Positions 1-8,506 of a DNA stretch of 32,000 bases are shown here, one piece after another. The stretch comes from Pseudoalteromonas phenolica (GTDB lineage: Bacteria > Pseudomonadota > Gammaproteobacteria > Enterobacterales > Alteromonadaceae): the NCBI RefSeq assembly GCF_001444405.1, contig NZ_CP013187.1:787716-819715 (forward strand), in the 5' to 3' direction. Positions within the stretch are counted from its first letter, which is position 1; each line of letters starts with the position of its first letter. The notes under the pieces were generated by a model, which ran no database searches, was not told the origin of the DNA, and saw nothing but the letters and a program-made list of their open reading frames with translations. Both the position numbers and the translations under genes were made by a program.

Positions 1-2366
1 TCATGGCTGAAGTGCTTAGCCAATACGTTAGCAATGGCTTTTTGTTTGAAGCCAGCTTTACGATGAACATGAATATCTAATAAGCCATTGTCGGCAGCTG
101 CGGTATCTTTTTGATAGCTCAAAACCTGTTGCGGTAATGGTGCAATGGTTTTGGTTTTTGCAAAGCTTGTTTGCGTATGGTTGCTACCAAGCGTTTTGCT
201 GATAACCTCAGCAACGTTTTCTAAATCACCTTGATTGTAGTTACCAAATGCAAATACACGAGGTTGGTTTGCCTTTACCAGCTTTTCTAAGCGTGCTTTG
301 AAAGTCGCTACATCTAACTTTTGTGCCGCAGCGATTAACGCGTCATCTTCAAAATTATTCGCTTCAGTTAAATTCTGAAGAGCAGGGAATAACTGACGAA
401 CGGTAAATTGTTTTTGTGCGTTATTGATACCACGAATAAGACGGTCTTTGGCTTGGGCAAAGTTCGTCTCTGTCACCTCAGGAATGAGATCAGATAGCAT
501 TTCAGAAAGCAGCAAGTTTTGCTTATCAGTGAAGCCGTTTAATAACAGACTCATACCGTTACTCGTTGTTGCACGCGTACTGATACCCGCAACACTTGCT
601 TCAGCTTGTAATAAGCTTTGCTGTAGGTTGTATAGATCAGACCAAAGTGCAAGAGACACTTGGGTTTCGATATCCGCATTTGCTTCGCCGGCATTAAGGT
701 CAATTTTCAAAATACCTTTTGGTTGTTCTGCAAATAATTGACTTGGGTAGTGCCACACTTTTACGCCGTCTTTTTCAACTTTAAGCTCTGCGGTCGATTG
801 CTTCATCCCCGCAGTTTTTAGGTCGAAGTTTTCAGGTAATAGACGATTCACTTTTGGTAGTGTTAATGCCACCTGAGTTGGTTTTTTCCAAGTTGCAATT
901 TCACTCTCAGCAATGTCTTCGATACGGTATTCACCCGCATAGAAATGTTGTTTCTGATCGACTTTCTCGTTTTTGCTGGTATACCAAATACGCAGTGTGT
1001 CAGGGGTTAATTGTGATAACACGTCATCAACCGCTTTGGCATTGAATTGACCAAAATAGTATGGCGCGTTGATGCTGTAGTTCAGCGGGTAATCTTGCAT
1101 GCTGTTAACTAACTGAGCAGCATAACTGAATTCGTCGACCTTTTGTAAGAATCGGAACTCGTTATCAAGGGAGGTTTTGATCTCTTTGTAGTACTTTTCA
1201 TCAACCCCTTTTTCTTTTACTAGATCAATGTACTGCATGATGATGGCAACGATTTCGTCACGGTTTTGCATACCCAAATCAGTCAGGTTTAGGGTAATAG
1301 ACATTTCACCGTAGTTACCATAATGGTTTGGTGTACCGCCGGCATTCAATGAACTGATCCAGCCCAATGCTTTTAGCTGCTGCGCTGGTGTGCCAGGCAT
1401 TTCAGAGCCAAGTAAGTAAGACACAAATGCATTTGGTTTAAACTTAAACTGGTCTTGGTTATTTTTAATGGTGAAATCAAGTTTTAGCTGCTTTAAGTCT
1501 TGGTTAGGCTTGTAGTAAATTTTCTTACCGCCTAACTCTGCAAAGTTAATTTCTTGCTTAACCTGCGGCTTCTCTATGCCTTTGTCTTTAATCGGTGAAA
1601 AGTGTTTCTTCGCTAACTTTTCCATTTCATCTAGCGAGGCATTGCTGATCAGCGCCACTTTCATGATGTTCGCAGAGTAGTACTTGTTGTAAAACTCAAC
1701 GGTTTCTTTGTGAAGGTTGCTGTTTTCTTTATCGCCTAATGTTTCTAGGTTACCGATTAAGAAGCGGTTGGCAGGGTGCTCACCCATCATATCGCGTGAT
1801 AATTTGAACTGACCGAAAAAGTCCATCTCACGGCGCATTGACCATTCAGCGTTAACGGCGTTGATTTCTTTTTCTGTGTATTCAGGGTACAGCTTTGGTG
1901 ACTTAAAGAAATCCGAGAAGCGATCAAGTGCTTCGTCATAAGCGTCATTGTTCACTTTGAACATATAGTTTGTGTAAGTTAACCAAGTCGATGCGTTAGA
2001 AACACCGCCATTTTCGGTTAAGAATTCTTTGTACTGGTTTGTTTCAGGGTACTTGTCTGTGCCTAAGAAAAGTAAGTGCTCAAGATAGTGCGCCATACCT
2101 TGTTGTGTCATTGGATCTTGTAAAAGACCGACACCGACGTTTAATGCCGCTGCAGATTTCTCAGTTGTAGGGTCAGACACCAAAATCACTTCAATGTTAT
2201 TTTCTAACTTTAAAGTCCTGTAGCCGCGCTGGTCATTCGGGCTAACCGCAAGCTTATCAAGTGGTGCAAGCGTGTTCGTTGCACTTGCTTGTGTATTGTT
2301 ATTTGATGTTTGTGAACAAGCAGCCAGTGCCAATGCCAATGCACTAATCGTAAATGCTTTTTTCAT
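1..2366 (-). CDS. M16-family (pitrilysin / protease III-like) zinc metallopeptidase, lipoprotein precursor. The C-terminus runs off the left edge of the window.
   Basis: Absent from the ORF track because it has no stop codon inside the window. The reverse-strand ATG at 2366-2364 follows an AAGGA RBS. My translation starts MKKAFTISALALALAACSQ (lipobox LAAC). It contains GMAHYLEHLLFLGTDKYPE, the inverted HxxEH zinc motif of M16 peptidases, followed by ENGGVSNASTW as in E. coli PtrA. The frame stays open for about 788 codons down to position 1. Confidence 0.85.
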   Translation of the reverse strand, partial: MKKAFTISALALALAACSQTSNNNTQASATNTLAPLDKLAVSPNDQRGYRTLKLENNIEVILVSDPTTEKSAAALNVGVGLLQDPMTQQGMAHYLEHLLFLGTDKYPETNQYKEFLTENGGVSNASTWLTYTNYMFKVNNDAYDEALDRFSDFFKSPKLYPEYTEKEINAVNAEWSMRREMDFFGQFKLSRDMMGEHPANRFLIGNLETLGDKENSNLHKETVEFYNKYYSANIMKVALISNASLDEMEKLAKKHFSPIKDKGIEKPQVKQEINFAELGGKKIYYKPNQDLKQLKLDFTIKNNQDQFKFKPNAFVSYLLGSEMPGTPAQQLKALGWISSLNAGGTPNHYGNYGEMSITLNLTDLGMQNRDEIVAIIMQYIDLVKEKGVDEKYYKEIKTSLDNEFRFLQKVDEFSYAAQLVNSMQDYPLNYSINAPYYFGQFNAKAVDDVLSQLTPDTLRIWYTSKNEKVDQKQHFYAGEYRIEDIAESEIATWKKPTQVALTLPKVNRLLPENFDLKTAGMKQSTAELKVEKDGVKVWHYPSQLFAEQPKGILKIDLNAGEANADIETQVSLALWSDLYNLQQSLLQAEASVAGISTRATTSNGMSLLLNGFTDKQNLLLSEMLSDLIPEVTETNFAQAKDRLIRGINNAQKQFTVRQLFPALQNLTEANNFEDDALIAAAQKLDVATFKARLEKLVKANQPRVFAFGNYNQGDLENVAEVISKTLGSNHTQTSFAKTKTIAPLPQQVLSYQKDTAAADNGLLDIHVHRKAGFKQKAIANVLAKHFSH

Positions 2367-2563
2367 AGGTGTCGTCCTTTGAAATTTTTCAGTTTTGAAT
2401 ATTTAGTTTACGCCTTTGGAATAAGTTAATCACTCAAATATAATGGCGTTTTGTAAAGTGATGTAACAATCCCACTTCAGCGTTTAAAAGTCTCTTATCA
2501 AACAATTATAAAACCAGTTTAAAAAATTATTATTAAAATTTATCCTATATAAACAATAGCTTG

Positions 2564-3664
2564 TTAGTCGTTCACCCCAGAAATATCTCCACGTCTTACA
2601 GGGTAGCCCAAGTGCATCCAGCCGAAAATACCTTCCCACAGTACTGCTGTGCGAGTGTAACCCCTAGCGCGAAGGCGATTGATGGTGTGATCTGCTGCGG
2701 CGCGAGGGCAAGAGCAATAGGCGACTATTTGAACGTCTTTGGGAATACCTGCAACGGTTTCATCTAAATCAGCATAATAGGGAAAGGGAATAGCGCCTTC
2801 TATGTGTGCTGTTTGCCAGACTGAGGTTACGCGCGTATCTAGCAATACCATACGTTTTTTTGCATTGAGTGCTTCATTGAGATCTTTTGAAAGTACATAC
2901 ATGCCATCTTTTAAATCAAAGTTAGGGTCTTCTCCGGCTTTGTTAATTATATAATCTTTAGGCTCTGGCAGTGCTCTAAGGACTGGTTTTTCTTCAACTA
3001 GCCCCATTGATTTACTGCGTAAAAATGCGGTGATGTTGTTAATGTCAGCGGGTGATAGTTTATTTTTGAATGCTTGCATAGGGGTGCCTTGTCGACCCTC
3101 CTGAATGGCATAGCGAATAAACTCGTCGGTATTATGGGCAAGGGCAGACTGATTCATCAGAGCTGGTGCCGTAATACCTTCACCTTGTTTACCATGACAA
3201 CTTGCACACTCTTTTTGGTAAACAGTCTCACCACGTTTTATATCGCCCTGTACCGGATTGGTTGAAAACTTAAGTCTGTCGTAACCTGCTTGCTCAAAAA
3301 GCCAATAAGTTAAATCCCAGGTTTCAGCAAGTGTCATAGGGCCACCTACCTCATCTAGGTAACCACCCATCGCGGTGCCTTCTCGGCCATATTGCATGGG
3401 CCTCAAAATTTGATGGGCTACGCCTGACTCCATCAGGCTTTTACTGCGAAGCGATGGGGCGTGATCGTTTTTATGACCTTCACGGTTTTCACCATGACAC
3501 AGCGCGCAGTATTTTTGATAGTTATTGGCTGCAACGCGAGCTTGCTCTGTCGTGAGCTTACGCGGTGGTGCTCGCCGCTCTCTTTCTTGTGAATAAGCAA
3601 CACTTGTATGAAAAAGCAAGATGACCAAACTGCTTGTCAGCAGCCCGAAAAATAGTTTAGACAT
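2564..3664 (-). CDS. Exported diheme c-type cytochrome fused to a C-terminal rhodanese-like (sulfurtransferase) domain
   Basis: The N-terminus is a hydrophobic signal or anchor (SKLFFGLLTSSLVILLF). There are two CxxCH heme motifs (CALCHG, CASCHG), each followed by a candidate Met ligand (GTAMGG, GTPMQAF). The C-terminal roughly 110 aa look like rhodanese (LLDTR...AHIEGAI...VAYCSCPRAAADH...GY..V..L.GG..GW). The track start at 3670 is TTG. The ATG two codons in (3664) is the likelier start. Confidence 0.8.
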   Translation of the reverse strand: MSKLFFGLLTSSLVILLFHTSVAYSQERERRAPPRKLTTEQARVAANNYQKYCALCHGENREGHKNDHAPSLRSKSLMESGVAHQILRPMQYGREGTAMGGYLDEVGGPMTLAETWDLTYWLFEQAGYDRLKFSTNPVQGDIKRGETVYQKECASCHGKQGEGITAPALMNQSALAHNTDEFIRYAIQEGRQGTPMQAFKNKLSPADINNITAFLRSKSMGLVEEKPVLRALPEPKDYIINKAGEDPNFDLKDGMYVLSKDLNEALNAKKRMVLLDTRVTSVWQTAHIEGAIPFPYYADLDETVAGIPKDVQIVAYCSCPRAAADHTINRLRARGYTRTAVLWEGIFGWMHLGYPVRRGDISGVND

Positions 3665-3767
3665 AACCAACCCTGGAAATAATGACGGTTAAATGAGCAT
3701 AAAGGGTGGTGATGTTGTTTTCTAGCGAAATACAAATCTGGTAACAATTTAAGTGAAAGGGTTTGAC

Positions 3768-3798
3768 CTAGCTCTTCCCCCAAAAGGGGGGGAGCTAG
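3768..3798 (-). terminator. Imperfect GC hairpin just downstream of the mscS stop
   Basis: ctagctcttccccc aaaa gggggggagctag forms a stem of CTAGCTC/GAGCTAG plus a C-run/G-run pairing. It lies 10 nt from the mscS stop. There is no clear U-tract on the minus strand, so support is only moderate. Confidence 0.4.
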
Positions 3799-3807
3799 CA
3801 AGAGAAA

Positions 3808-4638
3808 TTAGCTGCTCTCATTAACGAGAATAACTTTTCTGTGTGGGAAAGGTATTTCTATATCTGCCTCATCAAGTGCTTTTTTGATCTGTTCAGGTAC
3901 AGAGTATAGAAGATCAAAATAATGCTCTCCTTGACAGAAAGGTCTCACTAAGAAATCAACAGAGCTGTTGTTGAGTGATTCGACTTCAACAAAAGGCGCG
4001 GGGTCTTGTAAAACAAATTGGTGTTCAGAAAGTACTTTAAGAATGACAGCTTTGGCTTTATCTATATTTTCGCTGTAAGCGATACCAAACCGCATATCAA
4101 CCCCTCTAATTGTATAATGTGAGTGGTTGATAATTTTGTTCCCCCAAATATGGCTATTCGGTATAACAATTTGCTGATTATCGAAAGTTTGCATGATTGT
4201 GGTGAACATATCTATTTCAGTTACTTTGCCAAACTGCCCAGTTGTATCAATAAAATCTCCGACTTTGTAAGGCCTAAATATAAGCAGCATTACCCCTGCA
4301 GCTAAATTAGAGAGCGTCCCTTGTAAAGCAAGACCTACGGCTAAGCCTGCCGCCCCCAGTAATGCAATAATAGAAGCGGTCTGCACGCCAAATCGATTCA
4401 AGACAGCGATAGCAACAAAAGCAAGTATTGTGTAACGAACCACACTGCCAAAAAACTTAAATAAAGTGTCATCCAGTTGATCATATTTATTAGCAACAGC
4501 GGTGACTGCTTTATAGGCTTTGCCAGCTATCCATATACCGACCAATAAGATGCCAAGCGCGAGTAACAAATTTGTTGCCCAATCTAAAGCGGTTGGTAAG
4601 TATTGGTTTATATCTAGCTTTTCAATAAAACTATTCAT
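3808..4638 (-). CDS. mscS: Small-conductance mechanosensitive channel MscS
   Basis: The protein is colinear with E. coli MscS along its whole length, for example GVQTASIIALLGAAGLAVGLALQGTLSNLAAGVMLLIFRPYKVGDFI versus the E. coli TM3 region. I prefer the ATG at 4638 (MNSFIEKLD), which has GAGGA 8 nt upstream, over the track start at 4653. Confidence 0.9.
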   Translation of the reverse strand: MNSFIEKLDINQYLPTALDWATNLLLALGILLVGIWIAGKAYKAVTAVANKYDQLDDTLFKFFGSVVRYTILAFVAIAVLNRFGVQTASIIALLGAAGLAVGLALQGTLSNLAAGVMLLIFRPYKVGDFIDTTGQFGKVTEIDMFTTIMQTFDNQQIVIPNSHIWGNKIINHSHYTIRGVDMRFGIAYSENIDKAKAVILKVLSEHQFVLQDPAPFVEVESLNNSSVDFLVRPFCQGEHYFDLLYSVPEQIKKALDEADIEIPFPHRKVILVNESS

Positions 4639-4775
4639 GAAGGCGATCCTCATTGTTAATATATAGTTAAATTAGGCTAGAATCTCTACCTTATCAAGGT
4701 GGCAAGTTTCAGGTTGTTTTATAAAATTGTGTCTATAATTACTTTCTACGATAACCTTCAGAAAGTGAAAATAAA

Positions 4776-5015
4776 GTGAGATTAAACAGCGTTTTATTAA
4801 TTCTAATTTTGAGTAGTTTGGTTGCATGCTCTCAGGCTGATTCTGTGCCAGAGAGTGAATGCGATAAAGTTGTCGCCCATGCTAAATCGGTCTTAAAAGA
4901 AAATGCACCGAGTAAATCCGATATGTTGAAGCAATGTAAGGCTGCATCAGATGAAGCCAGAGGATGTGTTATGGCTGCGGATAAACCAATGAAATTACTT
5001 AAGTGTGACTTTTAA
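4776..5015 (+). CDS. Small secreted lipoprotein of unknown function
   Basis: GTG start. The signal peptide ends in the lipobox LVAC. The mature 60-aa part has 4 further Cys. A strong terminator follows. Confidence 0.6.
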   Translation: MRLNSVLLILILSSLVACSQADSVPESECDKVVAHAKSVLKENAPSKSDMLKQCKAASDEARGCVMAADKPMKLLKCDF

Positions 5016-5052
5016 TTTGAAGCATATTTGTGCTTGAAATAACTGCCCAGAA

Positions 5053-5088
5053 CCACCTAGCAAGTTGTCTCACTAGGTGGTTTTTTCT
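5053..5088 (+). terminator. Rho-independent terminator
   Basis: The stem is CCACCTAG (5053-5060) / CTAGGTGG (5073-5080) with a 12-nt loop, followed by TTTTTTC. Confidence 0.8.
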
Positions 5089-5146
5089 TTATGGCGTGTT
5101 GAAGACTTTTATTTCACAAACTCATAGCCAACAAGATAAATAAGCT

Positions 5147-5533
5147 CTAATGATAAGCCTCTGAGCGCTCTATCACTTCAATTTCATAACCATCAGGATC
5201 GGCAATAAAAAAGAATTTAGCAACAAGCTGATCGTCATTATAAAAAGACTTAACAGGACGAGGCTGATAACCTAACTTTACCGCTTTCTCATGCAGCGCT
5301 TCTATATTTTGCGCGCTAAACGCCAGATGACCATAACCATCACCTAGAATGTATGGCTTGGTTTTGTCATGATTAACGGTAAGCTCTAGTTCAAAATCGC
5401 TTTCATTATTACCCAAATAATGCAGGTCAAAGCCGTCAAATTTTAAGGTACGCTTTATCTCTAAGTTGAGTATATCTTGGTAAAATTGCGTCGACTTTTT
5501 TACATCCAAAACTCGGATCATACTGTGGATCAT
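5147..5533 (-). CDS. VOC-superfamily protein, glyoxalase I (lactoylglutathione lyase)-like
   Basis: MIHSMIRVLDVKKSTQFYQDILNLE...GYGHLAF...FIADPDGYEIEVIE parallels E. coli GloA (MLRVGDL..S..FY...LGM...AYGHIAL...FVEDPDGYKIELIE). The track start at 5590 is TTG. The ATG at 5533 gives the canonical length. No clear RBS is visible. Confidence 0.75.
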   Translation of the reverse strand: MIHSMIRVLDVKKSTQFYQDILNLEIKRTLKFDGFDLHYLGNNESDFELELTVNHDKTKPYILGDGYGHLAFSAQNIEALHEKAVKLGYQPRPVKSFYNDDQLVAKFFFIADPDGYEIEVIERSEAYH

Positions 5534-5922
5534 TTTTGCCACGTTTAAAATACCTATCTGTTGTGTGAACTCTACTCTTCTGTGCCGCAAGGTTTATTTG
5601 AAACAACGAAATGCTCAGTGTGCATTCAAAAAGGTGTCACTAAAAATCAGGTTTGGCAGTGATTCGAGCGTATAGTGAATGATGAAGACCGAGCGGCTGC
5701 CGAATTTATTTCAACTTTGTATCAAACGGTGATTGAACACCATTATAGTGTGCAAAGTACTGCATCAATCTTAAGAGCTACTTGTTTAATTGAGGCGTGG
5801 AATAATAAATAAAGCTGCGCGACATTGGGTAGTAACCAAATACTACATACAAATTAAATTTATTTGTGGGTAATGTTCTTTTGATGTTTAGTTAAGGGCC
5901 ACTTCAATCACGTCGGTATTGA

Positions 5923-6369
5923 ACTTTATCAATCATTCATCAGCCTCGGGAGCCATCGGGATCAGTATTGCAAGTTGCTAAATCATATCCGTGGCGACCA
6001 AGATCCCAGTCACTGTCTGAGTTTAACCAAGCTATGACTTATTTGAGTCAGCAAAATAATGTCACTACGTTTACCATGAGTGAATTTGGTCGAATCTTAA
6101 CGTCCTATGGTAATGGTACCGATCACGGTTGGGCAGGAAATCATATTGTCATGGGCGGCGCGGTGAACTGTGGTAATTTGTATGGCAAATTGTTGACTCA
6201 GCACCTTAATGGGCCCAGAGATACACGTGGTGGTCGACTTATTCCCGAAGTTGCCAATGAGCAGTATTTCGCAACCTTAGCAAGGTGGTTTGGCGTGCCT
6301 GATTCTGAGTTGGTTGATATTTTTCCAAACTTAGCGAACTTTAATCAGTACACACTCGGGTTTATCTAA
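5923..6369 (+). pseudogene. C-terminal remnant (about 140 aa) of a DUF1501-family (sulfatase-like, normally 400+ aa, Tat-exported) gene
   Basis: LSEFNQAM..VTTFTMSEFGRILTSYGNGTDHGWAGNHIVMGGAVNCGNLYG...GGRLIPEVANEQYFATLARWFGV...FPNLANFNQYTLGFI matches the conserved C-terminal third of DUF1501 proteins (SEFGRT..N..GTDHGW...GGAV.GG..YG...R.IPT...DQY.ATLA.WFG...FPNL..F). The in-frame upstream sequence hits a stop at 5920-5922. There is no ATG and no signal peptide, and the N-terminal two thirds are missing. Confidence 0.6.
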
Positions 6370-6389
6370 TTTTTTTTATCGCTAAATTT

Positions 6390-6424
6390 AAAAGCCACAG
6401 TCGAGATGAGTGTGGCTTTTTTGT
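6390..6424. terminator. Bidirectional rho-independent terminator between convergent genes
   Basis: AAAAGCCACA (6390-6399) pairs with TGTGGCTTTT (6411-6420). An A-run precedes the hairpin and a T-run follows it. Confidence 0.75.
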
Positions 6425-6428
6425 TGGG

Positions 6429-7523
6429 TTAAAGTTTGAAATCAGGTATGTACTGAGCAGCGATTTTGTCTGCGAATAGTATTGGGTTTGCTCCAATTAA
6501 ATTTGTTAAAACAACAACAGCAACATCATCTTCTGGGTATATAACCATACTTACAGCATTACCACCACTTGAACTGACAGCAGGGTGATTTTCTCTTTCA
6601 ATGATTTGCCAGCCCATAGCATAGCCTGTTTCAATAGGGCCTATTGAGCGAGTTTTGCCATCAGCGAGGGTTACAGGTGTCCAAAGCGCGCTTAGGTTTT
6701 GAATCAACTTCTTAGATTTTAGGCTGATTAGATAACTCGCAAGTTCCTCTGCATTACTACTCATGCCCGCAGCAGTTTGAAGCATATCTTCGTATTCAGC
6801 ATGAAAAACGTGATGCTGATTATTATAGAAATATTGCGGGACAAGTTGAGCGTTTGTTTTTACTGTGCTGTCGAATGCAGCACTGGCTGTTTTTGTCATC
6901 CCAGCTTTGGCAAGTTGCCCTGTAATAATAAAGTTTTGAAACCCTTGAGGCTTATATTTATCAATAATTTGACCAAGCAGCATATAACCTGTTTGGTTAT
7001 AGTTAAATTGTGTATTCTCTTTAAATCGCATGGGCAAAGTTTTCGCTTTTTGCCAAGATGCTTGTAAATCATTCAGCACAATTAAATCGAGCAAATGGCC
7101 TGTAAGTACCATAGGTAAACCAGATGTATGTGCAAGCAGATGCTTAATCTTTATCGGTTTCCAATGCTCAGGCAATCCAGATAGGTGCTGTCCTGCAGAG
7201 TCGTCAAGTTGTAGCATTCCTGCTTCAACAAGTTGCATGATTGCGACGCCCGTAAATGCTTTTGTCATCGAGTTAATTTGAAATAAATTTGCATCGGTTA
7301 CAGCACTTTTTGTTTCAACATCAGTAATACCATAACTGTTTTTAAAGACGATTTTGTCACCTTTAATTACAGCAACTTGTGCACCTAGAATTTTTTTCTC
7401 CTGCATCACTGTTTGCATATAACGGTCAACTGAGTGAGCACTTGCCACAAGTGGCATCGAAAGCAAAGACAAGCTAATTACAAGTAATGATGAGGTATAA
7501 AAGAGTGTTTTAAACAGGCGCAT
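6429..7523 (-). CDS. Secreted beta-lactamase-fold serine hydrolase (class C beta-lactamase / DD-peptidase / esterase family)
   Basis: The signal peptide ends in PLVASA-HS. An SxxK active-site motif is present (INSMTKAF), and the general AmpC/EstB-like layout runs through HLLAHTSGLP. An AAGGA RBS precedes the ATG at 7523. Confidence 0.8.
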   Translation of the reverse strand: MRLFKTLFYTSSLLVISLSLLSMPLVASAHSVDRYMQTVMQEKKILGAQVAVIKGDKIVFKNSYGITDVETKSAVTDANLFQINSMTKAFTGVAIMQLVEAGMLQLDDSAGQHLSGLPEHWKPIKIKHLLAHTSGLPMVLTGHLLDLIVLNDLQASWQKAKTLPMRFKENTQFNYNQTGYMLLGQIIDKYKPQGFQNFIITGQLAKAGMTKTASAAFDSTVKTNAQLVPQYFYNNQHHVFHAEYEDMLQTAAGMSSNAEELASYLISLKSKKLIQNLSALWTPVTLADGKTRSIGPIETGYAMGWQIIERENHPAVSSSGGNAVSMVIYPEDDVAVVVLTNLIGANPILFADKIAAQYIPDFKL

Positions 7524-7657
7524 AATATTCCTTTGTTATTATTTTCGCGCACAAAGTAACTGTTTTACAGCAAGTTATAAACATTGATTTGTAAACAATT
7601 GTGTTGAAACTATGAAAAGTTATTTACAATGAAGCAAACATAGTAAGAGATAATTTT

Positions 7658-8506
7658 ATGGGGTATTTAGCCTTTGTAACCTGTTTATGGGCGTTTTCTT
7701 TTAGTTTAATTGGCGTGTATTTGGCAGGGCAAGTTGATGCTTGGTTTAGCGCTTTTAGCCGAGTGGCGCTCGCAACTTGCGTGTTTATCCCTTTTTTAAT
7801 TCGCTCACGTATTCCTAAAGATCTCATTCTTAAATTAATGGCGATAGGGGGTGTGCAACTCGGGTTAATGTACGGGTTTTACTATCACTCGTTTTTGTTT
7901 TTGAGTGTGCCGGAGGTGTTGCTGTTTACTGTGATGACGCCGGTGTATATCACCTTACTCAATGATGTGTTAGATAGGCGGTTTAACGGTAAATATCTAC
8001 TGGTTGCGGTGATAGCTGTAATAGGTGCGGTTGCCATTCGTTATGAAAATTTTGATGGTGAGTTCTTATTTGGTTTGTTGCTGGTGCAAGGCGCTAACCT
8101 TTGTTTCGCAACAGGGCAAGTGACGTATAAGCGTTTAATGCAAGACTGTGAGCTTGATCACAAAACCGTGTTTGGTTGGTTTTTTGTCGGTGCATTAGTC
8201 GTGTCTTTGCTGTTCTTTTTAATGTTTGGCAATACAGACAAGCTACCAACGACTAGCACCCAGTGGGGCATATTAATTTATCTTGGTTTGGTGGCCTCGG
8301 GTTTTGGTTATTTTGCGTGGAATAAAGGCGCAACCTTAGTAGATGTAGGCGCACTTGCTGTGATGAATAATGTACTGATTCCTGCGGGTATACTGGTTAA
8401 TTTGGTTATTTGGAACCGAGATGCTGATTTAATCAGGCTTACTGTTGGGGGCGGCATTATCCTTCTTGCACTTTGGGTTAACCAAAAACTTGCTACAGGT
8501 CGCTAA
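7658..8506 (+). CDS. EamA/DMT-superfamily permease (10-TM drug/metabolite exporter type)
   Basis: The 282-aa protein is almost entirely hydrophobic and has a two-fold internal EamA-like repeat pattern (...GQVTYKRL..., ...GFGYFAWNKG...). Confidence 0.75.
   Translation: MGYLAFVTCLWAFSFSLIGVYLAGQVDAWFSAFSRVALATCVFIPFLIRSRIPKDLILKLMAIGGVQLGLMYGFYYHSFLFLSVPEVLLFTVMTPVYITLLNDVLDRRFNGKYLLVAVIAVIGAVAIRYENFDGEFLFGLLLVQGANLCFATGQVTYKRLMQDCELDHKTVFGWFFVGALVVSLLFFLMFGNTDKLPTTSTQWGILIYLGLVASGFGYFAWNKGATLVDVGALAVMNNVLIPAGILVNLVIWNRDADLIRLTVGGGIILLALWVNQKLATGR

Noticed and set aside
424-1045. Track ORFs 424..741(+) and 854..1045(+)
   Set aside because: Both lie antisense inside the long, motif-supported M16 protease reading frame on the minus strand. 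They have no RBS and their composition is not protein-like.
3776-3792. C5...G7 homopolymer tracts (cccccaaaaggggggg) considered as a possible slipped-strand phase-variation switch
   Set aside because: The tracts are intergenic, downstream of mscS and upstream of nothing on that strand. They pair with each other as part of a terminator-like hairpin. No ORF or promoter spacing depends on their length.
5650-5811. 49-codon open stretch (…NDEDRAAAEFISTLYQTVIEHHYSVQSTASILRATCLIEAWNNK*) considered as a small gene
   Set aside because: It has no ATG with an RBS and I recognise no family. It lies in the decayed region next to the DUF1501 stump, so I treat it as a possible remnant only.
6777-7281. Plus-strand ORFs 6777..7067 and 7030..7281
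   Set aside because: Both are antisense to the beta-lactamase-fold hydrolase gene, which has a signal peptide and an SxxK motif. They are Cys-rich nonsense translations.
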